From Macrostomum lignano (lineage: Eukaryota): 64,000 nucleotides of DNA. Each line of letters starts with the position of its first letter. Position 1 is the stretch's first letter. Below, in pieces: positions 31,836 through 50,432 of the stretch. The notes under the pieces were generated by a model. It had not been told where the DNA came from. It ran no database searches and saw nothing but the letters and a program-made list of their open reading frames with translations. The DNA lies in contig NIVC01000083.1 of assembly GCA_002269645.1 (NCBI GenBank), forward strand, positions 468,863 to 532,862, in the 5' to 3' direction. The translations under genes were made by a program, and so were the position numbers.

Positions 31836-33705
31836 CTAGTTGGCAGGATCGAGCCGACTATGAGAGAGCAGAGTCCGGAGGCTTCTCCCCTTGGTGTAGG
31901 CGGGCAGCACCGGGGTCTCGCAGTGCCGTGTCACCCTGTCCTTCACTTTGGCAGCCAGGGCGTCGGAGGTCGCACAGTGGGGCAGGATCAGCGGGATGGC
32001 CGGTTTGTGCAGTATGCCGGCAAGTTCGTTGGCGCCGTGTGGAACATGAGTCCTCAGGACCTCGATAAACTTGGCCTCCTGGCGCTGACGCCGCTCGTCA
32101 GCTCTGGGTCCTGTGCCATCGCGTGTCCAGATGCCGGTGAAGGCGAAGTCCGTCAGACTGTGGCCACCGCTGGTGAAGTGGCGCGCTACCGGAGTGTCAC
32201 GGGTGTGCCGGATGTCACCGATGTGCGCCAGCATGCGACCACGGATGCTGTTGGCGGTCTCGCCGACGTAGACCGTGTGGTCGCACCGGCGGCAGAACAC
32301 GGCATAGACGGCGTTCGTGGCGTTGCAGTCGATCCGCTGACTGATGATGAGCTGGACTGTCGTGGCTGCTGATCCGGGGCAGACGGAGGTGAACCTGGCG
32401 TGCGCCTGGCAGCACTTGCAGAGTCGGGCCGAGTTGCACGGCAGGAAGCCGAACTCCCACCGTCTGGTCGGGTAGAAGCCGAGCTCCGTCAGCACGTCGT
32501 ACTTGATGGTGCGGAGGAAGCGCCGGCTGTAGCCTTGGTGCTGCACCAGATTCGACATCAGCCCGGTGCACGCTGCGTCGAAGTCGGCCATCCAGGAGCA
32601 TCGCCGGGCGTACCTGAGGAGCTGGGACTTTACCACGCCCCGGAAAGTTCGCTTAGGATGGAAGGAGCCGCGGTGGATGAGGACTCGGCTGTCGGTGGGC
32701 TTGAAATATACCCTGGTTGCCAGGCTTTTGCTGTCGCCTTCGCGGTCCCAGAAGACGGTGGTGTCTAGGAAGTTCACCTCTGTGCTGCTGTAGCTCAGTT
32801 GAAGTCGGATGTTGGGGTCGAGGGCGTCCAGGTGTTGATGGAACTGGACCAGCTCCGCCTCTGTGCCACGCCACACTCCAAAGACGTCGTCGATGTAGCG
32901 GAGCCACAGGCTGGGCTTCTGCGGGCTGGTCTCCAGGCCTCTCTGCTCCCAATAGCCCATGTAGATGTTGCTGTAGCTGGGCGCGAACGACTTCCCCATG
33001 GCAGTGCCTTTCACCTGCAGAAAGTACCTGCCGTCAAACTCGAAGTCGTTGCGCTCCAGGTTCAGCTTGAGCAGGCTGAGTAGGCTGGCGTCTGGGCGCC
33101 GGCTGTCCGGGTGCTCCCTAAACGCTCTTCGCACGCACTCGAGGCCGGCCTCCGTCGGGATGTTGGTGTACAGGCTGGCGACGTCCATGGTGAACAGGAA
33201 GGACTCCTCGGACGCCGCACAGGCGATCCCGCGGATGGCGGCCTGGAAGTGGTCAGTGTCCCTGATGAAGCTGGGCAGCTGGATGACGATCGGCTGCAGG
33301 AAGCTGTCGATGAAGCGGCCGCTAGCGTAAGACTCGCTGTCCACGTCAGACACGATGGGCCGGCCCGGAGGAATGTCGCCGAGCGGCCACGACTCGACGG
33401 GCTTGTGGATCTTCGGCAGGATGTAGAAGCACCGCGTGCGGAACCCCTCCTTCGGGCAGAAGGCGTTGAACTGGCGCCGATCGATGATCCTTCTAGTCCA
33501 GCAGCGATCTGAAGACGCCGCGGATCATCTGGGCTGTGAAGCGGCTGATCGGTGCGCTCAGAGGTCGGTAAAACAGCGGGTCTTCCAGCTGACGCAGGCA
33601 TTCACGGACATAGTCCTGCCGGTCCAGGATGACCAGCTGGCTGCCCTTGTCGGCCGGCTTGATGACGATGGACTTGTCTGCCCGCAGATCTCGCAGTGCC
33701 TTTGC
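31836..33705 (-). CDS. Penelope RT + GIY-YIG polyprotein (N-terminally truncated, one frameshift)
   Basis: ORF 31836-33353 continues upstream in frame to about 33495, then shifts to the frame encoding KALRDLRADKSIVIKPADKG up to 33705. Confidence 0.9.
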
Positions 33706-34115
33706 CTGAGGAGAGAGGAGAGAGAGAGGAGAGGTGAGAGAGAGCGAGGAGAGAGGAGAGAGAGAGGAGAGAGAGGAGAGGAGAGAGAGGAGAGAGAGGA
33801 GAGGAGAGAGGAGAGAGAAGAGGAGAGAGAGGAGAGAGAGGAGAGAGAGGAGAGAAGAGAGAGAGGAGAGAGAGAGGGGAGAGGAGAGGTGAGAGAGAGC
33901 GAGGAGAGAGGAGAGAGAGAGGAGAGAGAGGAGAGGAGAGAGAAGAGGAGAGGGGAAAGGAGAGGAGAGAGAGGAGAGGGGAGGAGAGGAGAGAGGAGAG
34001 AGAAAAGAGAGAGGAGAGGAGAGGAGAGAGGAGAGAGAAAAGAGAGATGAGAGGAGAGGAGAGAGGAGAGAGAAAAGAGAGATGAGAGGAGAGGAGAGAG
34101 GAGAGAGAAAAGAGA
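33706..34115. repeat. GA-rich low-complexity repeat at the 5' flank of the Penelope-like element
   Basis: Same repeat type as 30900-31302. Confidence 0.95.
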
Positions 34116-34944
34116 AGTCAGTAGGCATCAAAATTCGGCCGGAAAGCCCCAAGAGAAGCGGAAGCAGATGAGATAAGACAAAAGCAGCCGTCACTCATCT
34201 AAACAAAGCAGTCTGACAATGGTCATGGTGCATGGTGAGTGCCTGGCGCAAGGCACAAGCAACACTTAGATGATGTTTGCAGAACAAACCGCTTCAACCG
34301 CTGGCGGCTTGACAATGCAAAAGGAAGGCTAAGCTGAGGATTAAACAAAACGCTCGCAGGGGATCATCTGTCAGACAGCGGTGGGACGCACAGACACCGG
34401 CCACCAGCGAGACTAAATTCGCAAAGGACAAACACTGGCGGCGAACTTTAAAGAAAACGTGAAACACTTCTTAGAAAGCGTGGCAGCCCCGAGCAGGCAG
34501 CGTATCTTATGGGCAATCAATCGATCATAGCATGGATTTCCCGTTGGAAGCAGATTCCCTGTCTCTCCCCCATCTCTCTCTCTCTCTCTTTGGTCTTTTT
34601 TTCTGGAAGGTTGAAGCAAAAAGTTGCTCCGTTAAGAAGCGAAACAGAAAGCGGACACTTTGATTAATGGGAGTGCGGCAGCCGACTTGCACAGTGTATG
34701 GTATACAATATACCGACGAAACAAAGGTTACGGAGCGCGCGTACACGCTTTTGATTGCCCCCAGCGGGCGTTGCGAATAGGGCCGCGTTGCACGTGTCTT
34801 ATGAGGCTTTACGATTAGTTTCGTGTATTTCAGGTATGTAAGTGCAGTGCAGGTAAGTTCAAGTTCGTTTTTCTAAATAGGGGTCGATTCCAGGTTGATT
34901 TTAGCAATCTTATCCCAGCATGTTGAGGAAGAAGCGATGGAATG

Positions 34945-35270
34945 AAAAGAGGGAGATGGGGGAGAGGAAGATAGGTGAGAGGAAGATAGGTGAGAGGGAG
35001 ATAGGGGAGAGGGAGACGGGGGAGAGGGAGATGGGTGAGAGGGAGATGGGTGAGAAGGAGATGGGGAGAGGGAGATGGATGAGAGGGAGATGGGGGAGAG
35101 GGAGACGGGGGAGAGGGAGATGGGGAGAGGGAGATGGGTGAGAAGGAGATGGGGAGAGGGAGATGGATGAGAGGGAGATGGGTGAGATTCCCGAGATGGG
35201 GGAGAAGGACATGGGGGAGAAGGACATGGGGGAGAAGGAGATGGGTGAGAGGTGGAAGGAAGATGGGAGA
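34945..35270. repeat. About 15-bp G-rich repeat
   Basis: Unit approximately gggagatgggggaga. Confidence 0.9.
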
Positions 35271-35835
35271 GAAAGAAATGGGATGCAGTAGAGAAAATGA
35301 AGGGAAATTTATCGGCAGAGATGCGCAGATATTTCAGCTGCAAATATTATAAACCTTCGTAAAAACTGCGTAAAAAAAGGATTTTATTACGGCGCCAAGT
35401 GGCAAAATGGGGTCGGGACTGAAGCCAATACACGGACTACTTAAATATAAACGACAATTAAGTAGTCCGTGAGCCAATAAAGTGAAAGTAAAAGTATCCG
35501 ACCAAGTGTTGGTGGATTAAAAGTTCAGGTTGCTGGTGGGTTGTAACATTTTTATTGTAAGAAGTCGGGGCAGTTAGTGGTAATAAACAGGCTTTTCGCT
35601 ACTTAATAAAGCACATAGTTTGGGCAAGTTGAAATGGTCATGCTAAAAAACTTTGAAAAGTTGAAAGTACCTTTTTTATTTTTGGCGATTAGAAATATTT
35701 AGCTATAATATATGCATTCTGAGAAATATAATTGCTTCGTTAGCAAGCTGCACGAGTTGCGGGGGCAAGTGTGGAGAAAGGATAATGAGACATTGCTATA
35801 TGTTGAGAATAGGGACCAGATATAATATTTTATGA

Positions 35836-36198
35836 TTTTTTTTATTAGAGGCAGGGGGGTTGTGTGCACCCTGGCGCACTTTAAGCGACATTGGCACACA
35901 ACCGGCGAGAGGCATTGCTGCCCATTCCGCCGACTCCCCTGAGCAGGCATACAAGCGCGCGGATACGTACGCAGGCACACACTCACACAGGAGTGTACAG
36001 CGGCCCTAACTTTATTTTATCGCTAGGCATGTACACTTCACTGCGCCTTGGGGGGTTGGCTCTCAAGGCCGTTGATTGCACGAGCAGAGCCAAGCCGAGA
36101 TTCCAATTCAGCCCCAAATTAATGTGACTGCACTTGGAATCGAGCCTGGGTCGCTGGCACACCAGAGCAGCTGCGCTACCGCTGGGCTACGGCCCCCC
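35836..36198 (-). mobile_element. Full-length tRNA-derived SINE family A with a 13-14 bp target-site duplication
   Basis: Minus-strand head GGGGGCCGTAGCCCAGCGG (A box) ...GGCTCGATTCC (B box); tail AATAAAAAAAA; TSD taatattttatga at 35823-35835 and 36199-36211. Confidence 0.92.
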
Positions 36199-36494
36199 TA
36201 ATATTTTATGATAGAAACAAGCATATAAAACTCTCTTTTAGCCAACTAATTGTAAATATTTTTCAGGCAAGTAGGTGTACTGAGAAACAAAGAATTTATA
36301 CATAATGTTTGAAAATCTTGCCTAGCTCTCAGTCTAAAAAACAGTGAGAAAATTTGCAGATAAATAAATTGTCACTATGCAGGTGAGATGCTAAGTATGC
36401 GTAAACTAAGCCAGATAAATAAATTTCGAACAAAGTAAGCTAACTAACTTTTGTTAATCAGCACGCAAACCGATGTCACGGATTCAAAGTGAGC

Positions 36495-43200
<6,706 letters not shown>

Positions 43201-43494
43201 GCTTTGTCCAGAATAATAAATTTTGGTCTGGTCTGCTTCATAGCCGAGTTGCTTTTTTCAAGAGCGCAGCAGATATTTATAGCCACCCGCCAATGCGGGA
43301 GGAGTTCTGGGTGGAATTTCTAGTCGTCATTCCTAAGAGCCTCGTATGGCTGACTGCATCCGGGGTGTTATCAGATTTTACATAATTCGAACGAACTACT
43401 TTTCAGCTGAGATTGTCAGTAGTCAACAATGCAAATTGGATCACAAATCAATTCGAAGTTCAAATTAGTGAATTTTCATGTCTTCGAAAAATAA

Positions 43495-43790
43495 AATCGG
43501 CCGTAGGCACTCAGCCATAGGAACTCGGCAATATGTACACGGCCATAGACACTCGGCCATAGTGCAGACACTCGGCCATAGTGCAGGCAATCGGCCATAG
43601 GCACTCGGCCATAGGCACTCGGCCATAGGCACTCGGGCATAAATACTCAGCCATAGGCACTCGGCCATAGGAACTCGGTCATAGACATTCGATCATACAT
43701 GTAGACACGGCCATAGACACGCGGTCATATACATATAGACACACGGCCAGAGACACTGTCAGAGTCAGACACTCAGCCATAGGCATTCGC
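43495..43790. repeat. 14-bp degenerate repeat
   Basis: Unit ggccataggcactc or ggccatagacactc. Confidence 0.85.
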
Positions 43791-44569
43791 AACAATGCTG
43801 AGAGTTTACTCTCGCATATTACTTTCAGTAAGAAAGTGAAAGTTCTACAAGCTGGAAGTTTCGCATCGTTAAAATCGTTGAAGCTCGTGAGCCAGCCGGA
43901 CGCGGAGTGACTAGCGCTTCTCGACCAATGAAGCACGGAAGTTGTGTTTACCTGTTCGTTACGTATCATTCATGAGCATGTGCTCAAGATTGGTCCTTAA
44001 AAGCAGCAGCATGTAAGAAAACATGTTGAAATAGCAATTCTATGAAAAGTGTCGAAAAATCTGTGTCCGCAATCGAGACTTGGGGACTAAAAATCCGACC
44101 CCAGAGGGTCGTTGAACAGCTGACTGCGATCAAGTTACAAGCTCAGCTCTCAAGTTTGGGACTAACCTTGACAAACAAACTTGACAAGCATTGGTTGAGC
44201 AGTGCCGCGTGTGCACATGTAAAATGACGGTAGAGGTGTCAAATTGCCTGGCCAACATCTGGTTGACAACAGGAGAAAGCCATGCTGTCCATGTCGGAAG
44301 TCAAATTTATTTGACGCCTCAAAATGCATGTAAAGCTTGCTAGCGTTGAAGGTTTTTCTTTCTCTCGTGCTGCGCTCATTTGCGAATTTTAAAGGAAATT
44401 TTTACAATAAAGCAACAATGCGGCATCTTGTTCTGTTTCTGCTTGGTAAGAGACATGACCTACAGGTATCATGCGAGCGCATATGGTCGTGCAAGTACTT
44501 GAGCTCTGCTCTCTTTTGTCTCAAAATGGTCATAGGTACTCATCCATGAGCGGTGTCATCGCACTCGGA

Positions 44570-46885
44570 TATTGACACTCAGCCATATACTCTCGGTCAT
44601 AGACACTGTCATAGACACTCAGCCATATACTCTCGGTCATAGACACTCTGTTACAGACACTCAGCCATATACTCTCGGTCATAGACACTCTGTCATAGAC
44701 ACTCAGCCATATACTCTCGGTCATAGACACTGTCATAGACACTCAGCCATATACTCTCGGTCATAGACACTCTGTCATAGACACTCAGCCATATACTCTC
44801 GGTCATAGACACTCTGTCATAGACACTCAGCCATATACTCTCGGTCATAGACACTGTCATAGACACTCAGCCATATACTCTCGGTCATAGACACTGTCAT
44901 AGACACTCAGCCATATACTCTCGGTCATAGACACTGTCATAGACACTCAGCCATATACTCTCGGTCATAGACACTTAGCCACTCAGCCATATACTCTTGG
45001 CCATAGGCACTCTGTCGTAGACACTCAGCCATATACTCTCGGTCATAGACACTGTCATAGACACTCAGCCATATACTCTCGGTCATAGACACTCTGTCAT
45101 AGACACTCAGCCATATACTCTCGGTCATAGACACTCTGTCATAGACACTCAGCCATATACTCTCGGTCATAGACACTCTGTCATAGACACTCAGCCATAT
45201 ACTCTCGGTCATAGACACTGTCATAGACACTCAGCCATATACTCTCGGTCATAGACACTGTCATAGACACTCAGCTATATACTCTCGGTCATAGGCACTG
45301 TCATAGACACTCAGCCATATACTCTCGGTCATAGACACTCTGTCATAGACACTCAGCCATATACTCTCGGTCATAGACACTCTGTCATAGACACTCAGCC
45401 ATATACTCTCGGTCATAGACACTCTGTCATAGACACTCAGCCATATACTCTCGGTCATAGACACTCTGTCATAGACACTCAGCCATATACTCTCGGTCAT
45501 AGACACTCTGTCATAGACACTCAGCCATATACTCTCGGTCATAGACACTGTCATAGACACTCAGCCATATACTCTCGGTCATAGACACTGTCATAGACAC
45601 TCAGCTATATACTCTCGGTCATAGGCACTGTCATAGACACTCAGCCATATACTCTCGGTCATAGACACTCTGTCATAGACACTCAGCCATATACTCTCGG
45701 TCATAGACACTCTGTCATAGACACTCAGCCATATACTCTCGGTCATAGACACTCTGTCATAGACACTCAGCCATATACTCTCGGTCATAGACACTGTCAT
45801 AGACACTCTGCCATATACTCTCGGTCATAGACACTGTCATAGACACTCAGCCATATACTTTCGGTCATAGGCACTGTCATAGACACTCAGCCATATACTC
45901 TCGGTCATAGGCACTCTGTCATAGACACTCAGCCATAGACACTCGGTCATAGACACTCTGTCATAGACACTCAGCCATATACTCTCGGTCATAGACACTC
46001 TGTCATAGACACTCAGCCATATACTCTCGGTCATAGACACTGTCATAGACACTCAGCCATATACTCTCGGTCATAGGCACTCTGTCATAGACACTCAGCC
46101 ATAGACACTCGGTCATAGACACTCTGTCATAGACACTCAGCCATATACTCTCGGTCATAGGCACTGTCATAGACACTCAGCCATATACTCTCGGTCATAG
46201 ACACTCTGTCATAGACACTCAGCCATATACTCTCGGTCATAGACACTCTGTCATAGACACTCAGCCATATACTCTCGGTCATAGACACTGTCATAGACAC
46301 TCTGCCATATACTCTCGGTCATAGACACTGTCATAGACACTCAGCCATATACTTTCGGTCATAGGCACTGTCATAGACACTCAGCCATATACTCTCGGTC
46401 ATAGGCACTCTGTCATAGACACTCAGCCATAGACACTCGGTCATAGACACTCTGTCATAGACACTCAGCCATATACTCTCGGTCATAGACACTCTGTCAT
46501 AGACACTCAGCCATATACTCTCGGTCATAGACACTGTCATAGACACTCAGCCATATACTCTCGGTCATAGGCACTCTGTCATAGACACTCAGCCATAGAC
46601 ACTCGGTCATAGACACTCTGTCATAGACACTCAGCCATATACTCTCGGTCATAGGCACTGTCATAGACACTTAGCCACTCAGCCATATACTCTTGGCCAT
46701 AGGCACTCTGTCATAGACACTCAGCCATATACTCTCGGTCATAGACACTCTGTCATCGACACTCAGCCATATACTCTCGGTCATAGACACTCTGTCATAG
46801 ACACTCAGCCATAGACACTCGGTCATAGACACTGTCATAGACACTCAGCCATATACTCTCGGTCATAGGCACACTCGGCCATAGA
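44570..46885. repeat. 40/42-bp minisatellite, about 2.3 kb
   Basis: Unit tgtcatagacactcagccatatactctcggtcatagacactc. Confidence 0.98.
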
Positions 46886-47354
46886 CAAAAAAGACAACCA
46901 AGTTGATAATTCCATCAAGATTGCAACAAGGGTTCATACAGGCATTTCTTTGTAGAAAGCAGGCTCGCTACAGTTTCGCTACAGTGAATGCGAATTCACA
47001 GCTTCATGGCTAGATTATTAACTTGACTGATGAAAAACAGCACTTGCCACACTTGTAGCAAAACACTCCGCCCTTAAGACTCTGAATCACTAATACTCAA
47101 TATAAATCGCACCAAATCCGTAAATGTTGCAGTATCCGTCCTGCTGACCAGCTGCTTTCACTTCTCCGCTGCGGCTCCCGAAGGCTTGTTAAAAGAGCCA
47201 GGTGAAAATGAATATTTTTTCTTGTTTTGCTTTCAAACATCATTAGCCGCTCACATTTTATATTAATTCTGTAGCATATTTTATTGACCTATGCTTCTAC
47301 CAGACTCAGCCGGGCCAGATTCTGATACAGGATCAATGGACGACAAGAAGTGAG

Positions 47355-47935
47355 TTCCTGAAGAATCGGAGGATAGCGGTAGCGACCCCTGAAGAATCGG
47401 AGGATAGCGGTAGCGACCCCTGAAGAATCGGAGAATAGCGGTAGCGACCCCTGAAGAATCGGAGGATAGCGGTAGCAACCCCTGAAGAATCGGAGGATAG
47501 CGGTAGCGACCCCTGAAGAATCGGAGAATAGCGGTAGCAACCCCTGAAGAATCTGAAGATAGCGGTAGCAACCCCTGAAGAATCGGAGGATAGCGGTAGC
47601 AACCCCTGAAGAATCTGAAGATAGCGGTAGCAACCCCTGAAGAATCGGAGGATAGCGGTAGCAACCCCTGAAGAATCTGAAGATAGCGGTAGCAACCCCT
47701 GAAGAATCGGAGGATAGCGGTAGCGACCCCTGAAGAATCTGAAGATAGCGGTAGCGACCCCTGAAGAATCGGAGGATAGCGGTAGCAACCCCTGAAGAAT
47801 CGGAGGATAGCGGTAGCAACCCCTGAAGAATCCGGGGCTAGCGGTAGCGATCCCTGAAGATTCAGGGTCAGGTACGACTCTGATCTTTAGGGACCCCTGA
47901 AGTAGCGACCCCTGAAGATTCAGGGTCAGTCGTAC
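47355..47935. repeat. 32-bp minisatellite
   Basis: Unit cccctgaagaatcggaggatagcggtagc(g/a)a with C-run variation. Confidence 0.95.
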
Positions 47936-48174
47936 CAGGAGGACCTCAATAACTACCCAAGTGTTACTCAATTTTCCAGAATATTTCTAGTTGGCGTAGA
48001 AGCTGATCATCTAACCACAAGCACTGCCCAGCCGAGACGGTGATACTGTAAATGGGCTGCATGTCTGGTGGACGCTCGAGCATGATGAAAGCAAATTTTT
48101 GGTGGTTGGGAACCTAAATTTTGTTTCTTTAAAATACATCGGAAAACGATCACTTTGCGACTAAAAGGTTTGAT

Positions 48175-48935
48175 ATTGTAGCTAACACTGAGTCGCTTTA
48201 GAGCACTGTAGCTAACACCGAGTCACTATGGAGCAGTGTAGCTAACACCGAGTCACTATGGAGCAGTGTAGCTAACATTGAGTCACATTGGAGCACTGTA
48301 GCTAACATTGAGTCACATTGGAGCACTGTGGCTAACATTGAGTCACATTGGAGCACTGTGGCTAACATTGAGTCACACTGGAGCACTGTAGCTAACATTG
48401 AGTCACATTGGAGCACTGTGGCTAACATTGAGTCACATTGGAGCACTGTGGCTAACATTGAGTCACATTGGAGCACTGTGGCTAACATTGAGTCACATTG
48501 GAGCACTGTGGCTAACATTGAGTCACACTGGAGCACTGTAGCTAACATTGAGTCACATTGGAGCACTGTAGCTAACATTGAGTCACATTGGAGCACTGTG
48601 GCTAACACTGAGTCGCTTTAGAGCACTGTAGCTAACATTGAGTCACATTGGAGCACTGTGGCTAACATTGAGTCACATTGGAGCACTGTGGCTAACATTG
48701 AGTCACACTGGAGCACTGTAGCTAACATTGAGTCACATTGGAGCACTGTGGCTAACATTGAGTCACATTGGAGCACTGTGGCTAACATTGAGTCACATTG
48801 GAGCACTGTGGCTAACATTGAGTCACTTTGGAGCACTGTGGCTAACATTGAGTCACACTGGAGCACTGTAGCTAACATTGAGTCACATTGGAGCACTGTG
48901 GCTAACATTGAGTCACTTTGGAGCACTGTAGCTAA
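48175..48935. repeat. 30-bp minisatellite
   Basis: Unit gagcactgtggctaacattgagtcacattg. Confidence 0.97.
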
Positions 48936-49334
48936 ATTTAGACCATTTTTATTGTACTTTAGATGTAAACAAACAAAAAAATTTGCATTGAGAGTTTTCT
49001 CAATAGTTTAGCTGATGTATTACGCAATATCCAACCAAACAGCACAAATTTCAATTACAACTGGTTGAACTTGTAACTGTATATTTAATTACCATGCAAC
49101 TTTATATAGGTTCGTATTTCCAAGTGTATGTACACTGTATATATGTACACAAGATACAGAAGATTCATTTATTAGCTGGTGAAACAAGCACATATATGTT
49201 CCAGAATGTTATGAAACGCACCGGCAGTTACTTTCGTAACAAAATTAATGCAATATCTTTATCAACTAGAAATGATTTTATCGATGTTAGCTCCTTGACG
49301 CCGCTTTCATAGTTCGAGAGCTGTCTTCTGCAAT

Positions 49335-49700
49335 GAGTGAACAAGTGAGTGAATTAGTGAGTAAGTGAACGACTGAGTGAACGAGTGAATAAGTGAACCA
49401 GTGAATGAGTGAATGAGTGAATAAGTAAACCATTGAATAAGTGAACGAATGAATAAGTGAACGAGTGAATAAGTGAGTGAGTGAATAAGTGAATGGGTGA
49501 ATTGATAAGTTAATTAGTGAACCAGTGAATAGATGAACGAGTTAGTTGATAAGGGACGAGTGAATAAGTGAATGAGTAATTGAACGAGTGAATTAGTGAA
49601 CGAGTGAATTAGTGAACGAGTGCGTGAATGAGTGAATAATTGATCGAATGAGTGATTAAGTGAAAGAGTGAGTGAATGAGTGAATTATTGAACGAGTGAA
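49335..49700. repeat. Degenerate GAGTGAAT/AAGTGAAC low-complexity repeat
   Basis: Repeated gagtgaataagtgaac units overlapping the NELFCD 3' end. Confidence 0.85.
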
Positions 49701-50319
49701 CAACAAAGCCAGTCTCATAATCACACGAGAATTCGAGCCTGCACTCACTAAGAAACCTATCGCAGCTGTCGCGCCCCTCCTTCCTCTCGATGGCATTGTA
49801 AATATCGGGACTCTCCACTAGAGGCCGCAGCCGCCGCACGAAGCTCTCAGTGTAGGGCGGCTCGACCATGTCCAGCACTTCCAGTACGAAATGGCGCAGC
49901 AGAGACATGTCAGACAGCTTGCTAGTGAGGCAGCCGTGCATGTAGTCTAACACGGGTTCCACGTGGCCCACAAACATCAGATGGACGAATCGGTCAACCA
50001 GACGCACTTTAAACTCTAGCTGGCTGAGCTCGTCCAGTGACGGGTGGAACTGCTCAAATAGACGGCACAGCATTGGCAGGATGCGCGGCCTCAGGTGCGG
50101 GTGGTTGGTGGCCACCTCATCAACTAGGATCAGGTAGACTGAGGCCTGCTCTACCTGTTGGAGGGGGCGAGACTGGCTGTCAGGTGAGCTGCTACAGACA
50201 GACAGACAGACAGACAGACACGCAGACAGACACGCAGACAGACAGACAAAGCAGACAGACAGACAAGGCAGACAGACAGACAAGGCAGACAGACAGACAG
50301 ACAAGGCAGACAGACAGAC

Positions 50320-50360
<41 letters not shown>

Positions 50361-50363
50361 CGC

Positions 50364-50432
<69 letters not shown>

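Larger units (their letters stand above)
31303..33705 (-). mobile_element. Penelope-like retroelement (Neptune-type), 5'-truncated
   Basis: Minus-strand RT (VIKPADKG, YILPKIHK, GRPIVS, MDVASLYTNIP, GTAMG, RYIDD, FLD), a Cys-rich linker (PC..ARLCKCC) and a GIY-YIG endonuclease (VYAVFCRRC..YVGET..RMLAH..VARHF). One frameshift near 33497. Confidence 0.93.

Noticed and set aside
31860-33330. Plus-strand ORFs over the Penelope element
   Set aside because: Antisense shadows of the RT/GIY-YIG ORF.
44230-44330. QHGF-like LINE RT motif on the minus strand upstream of TRPM
   Set aside because: Too short and unsupported by other RT motifs.
46960-47015. Hammerhead-like fold on the minus strand (ccATGAAGCT...AGCGAAAC-T-GTA)
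   Set aside because: The core lacks UG of CUGAUGA and stem I is weak; at best a dead relic.
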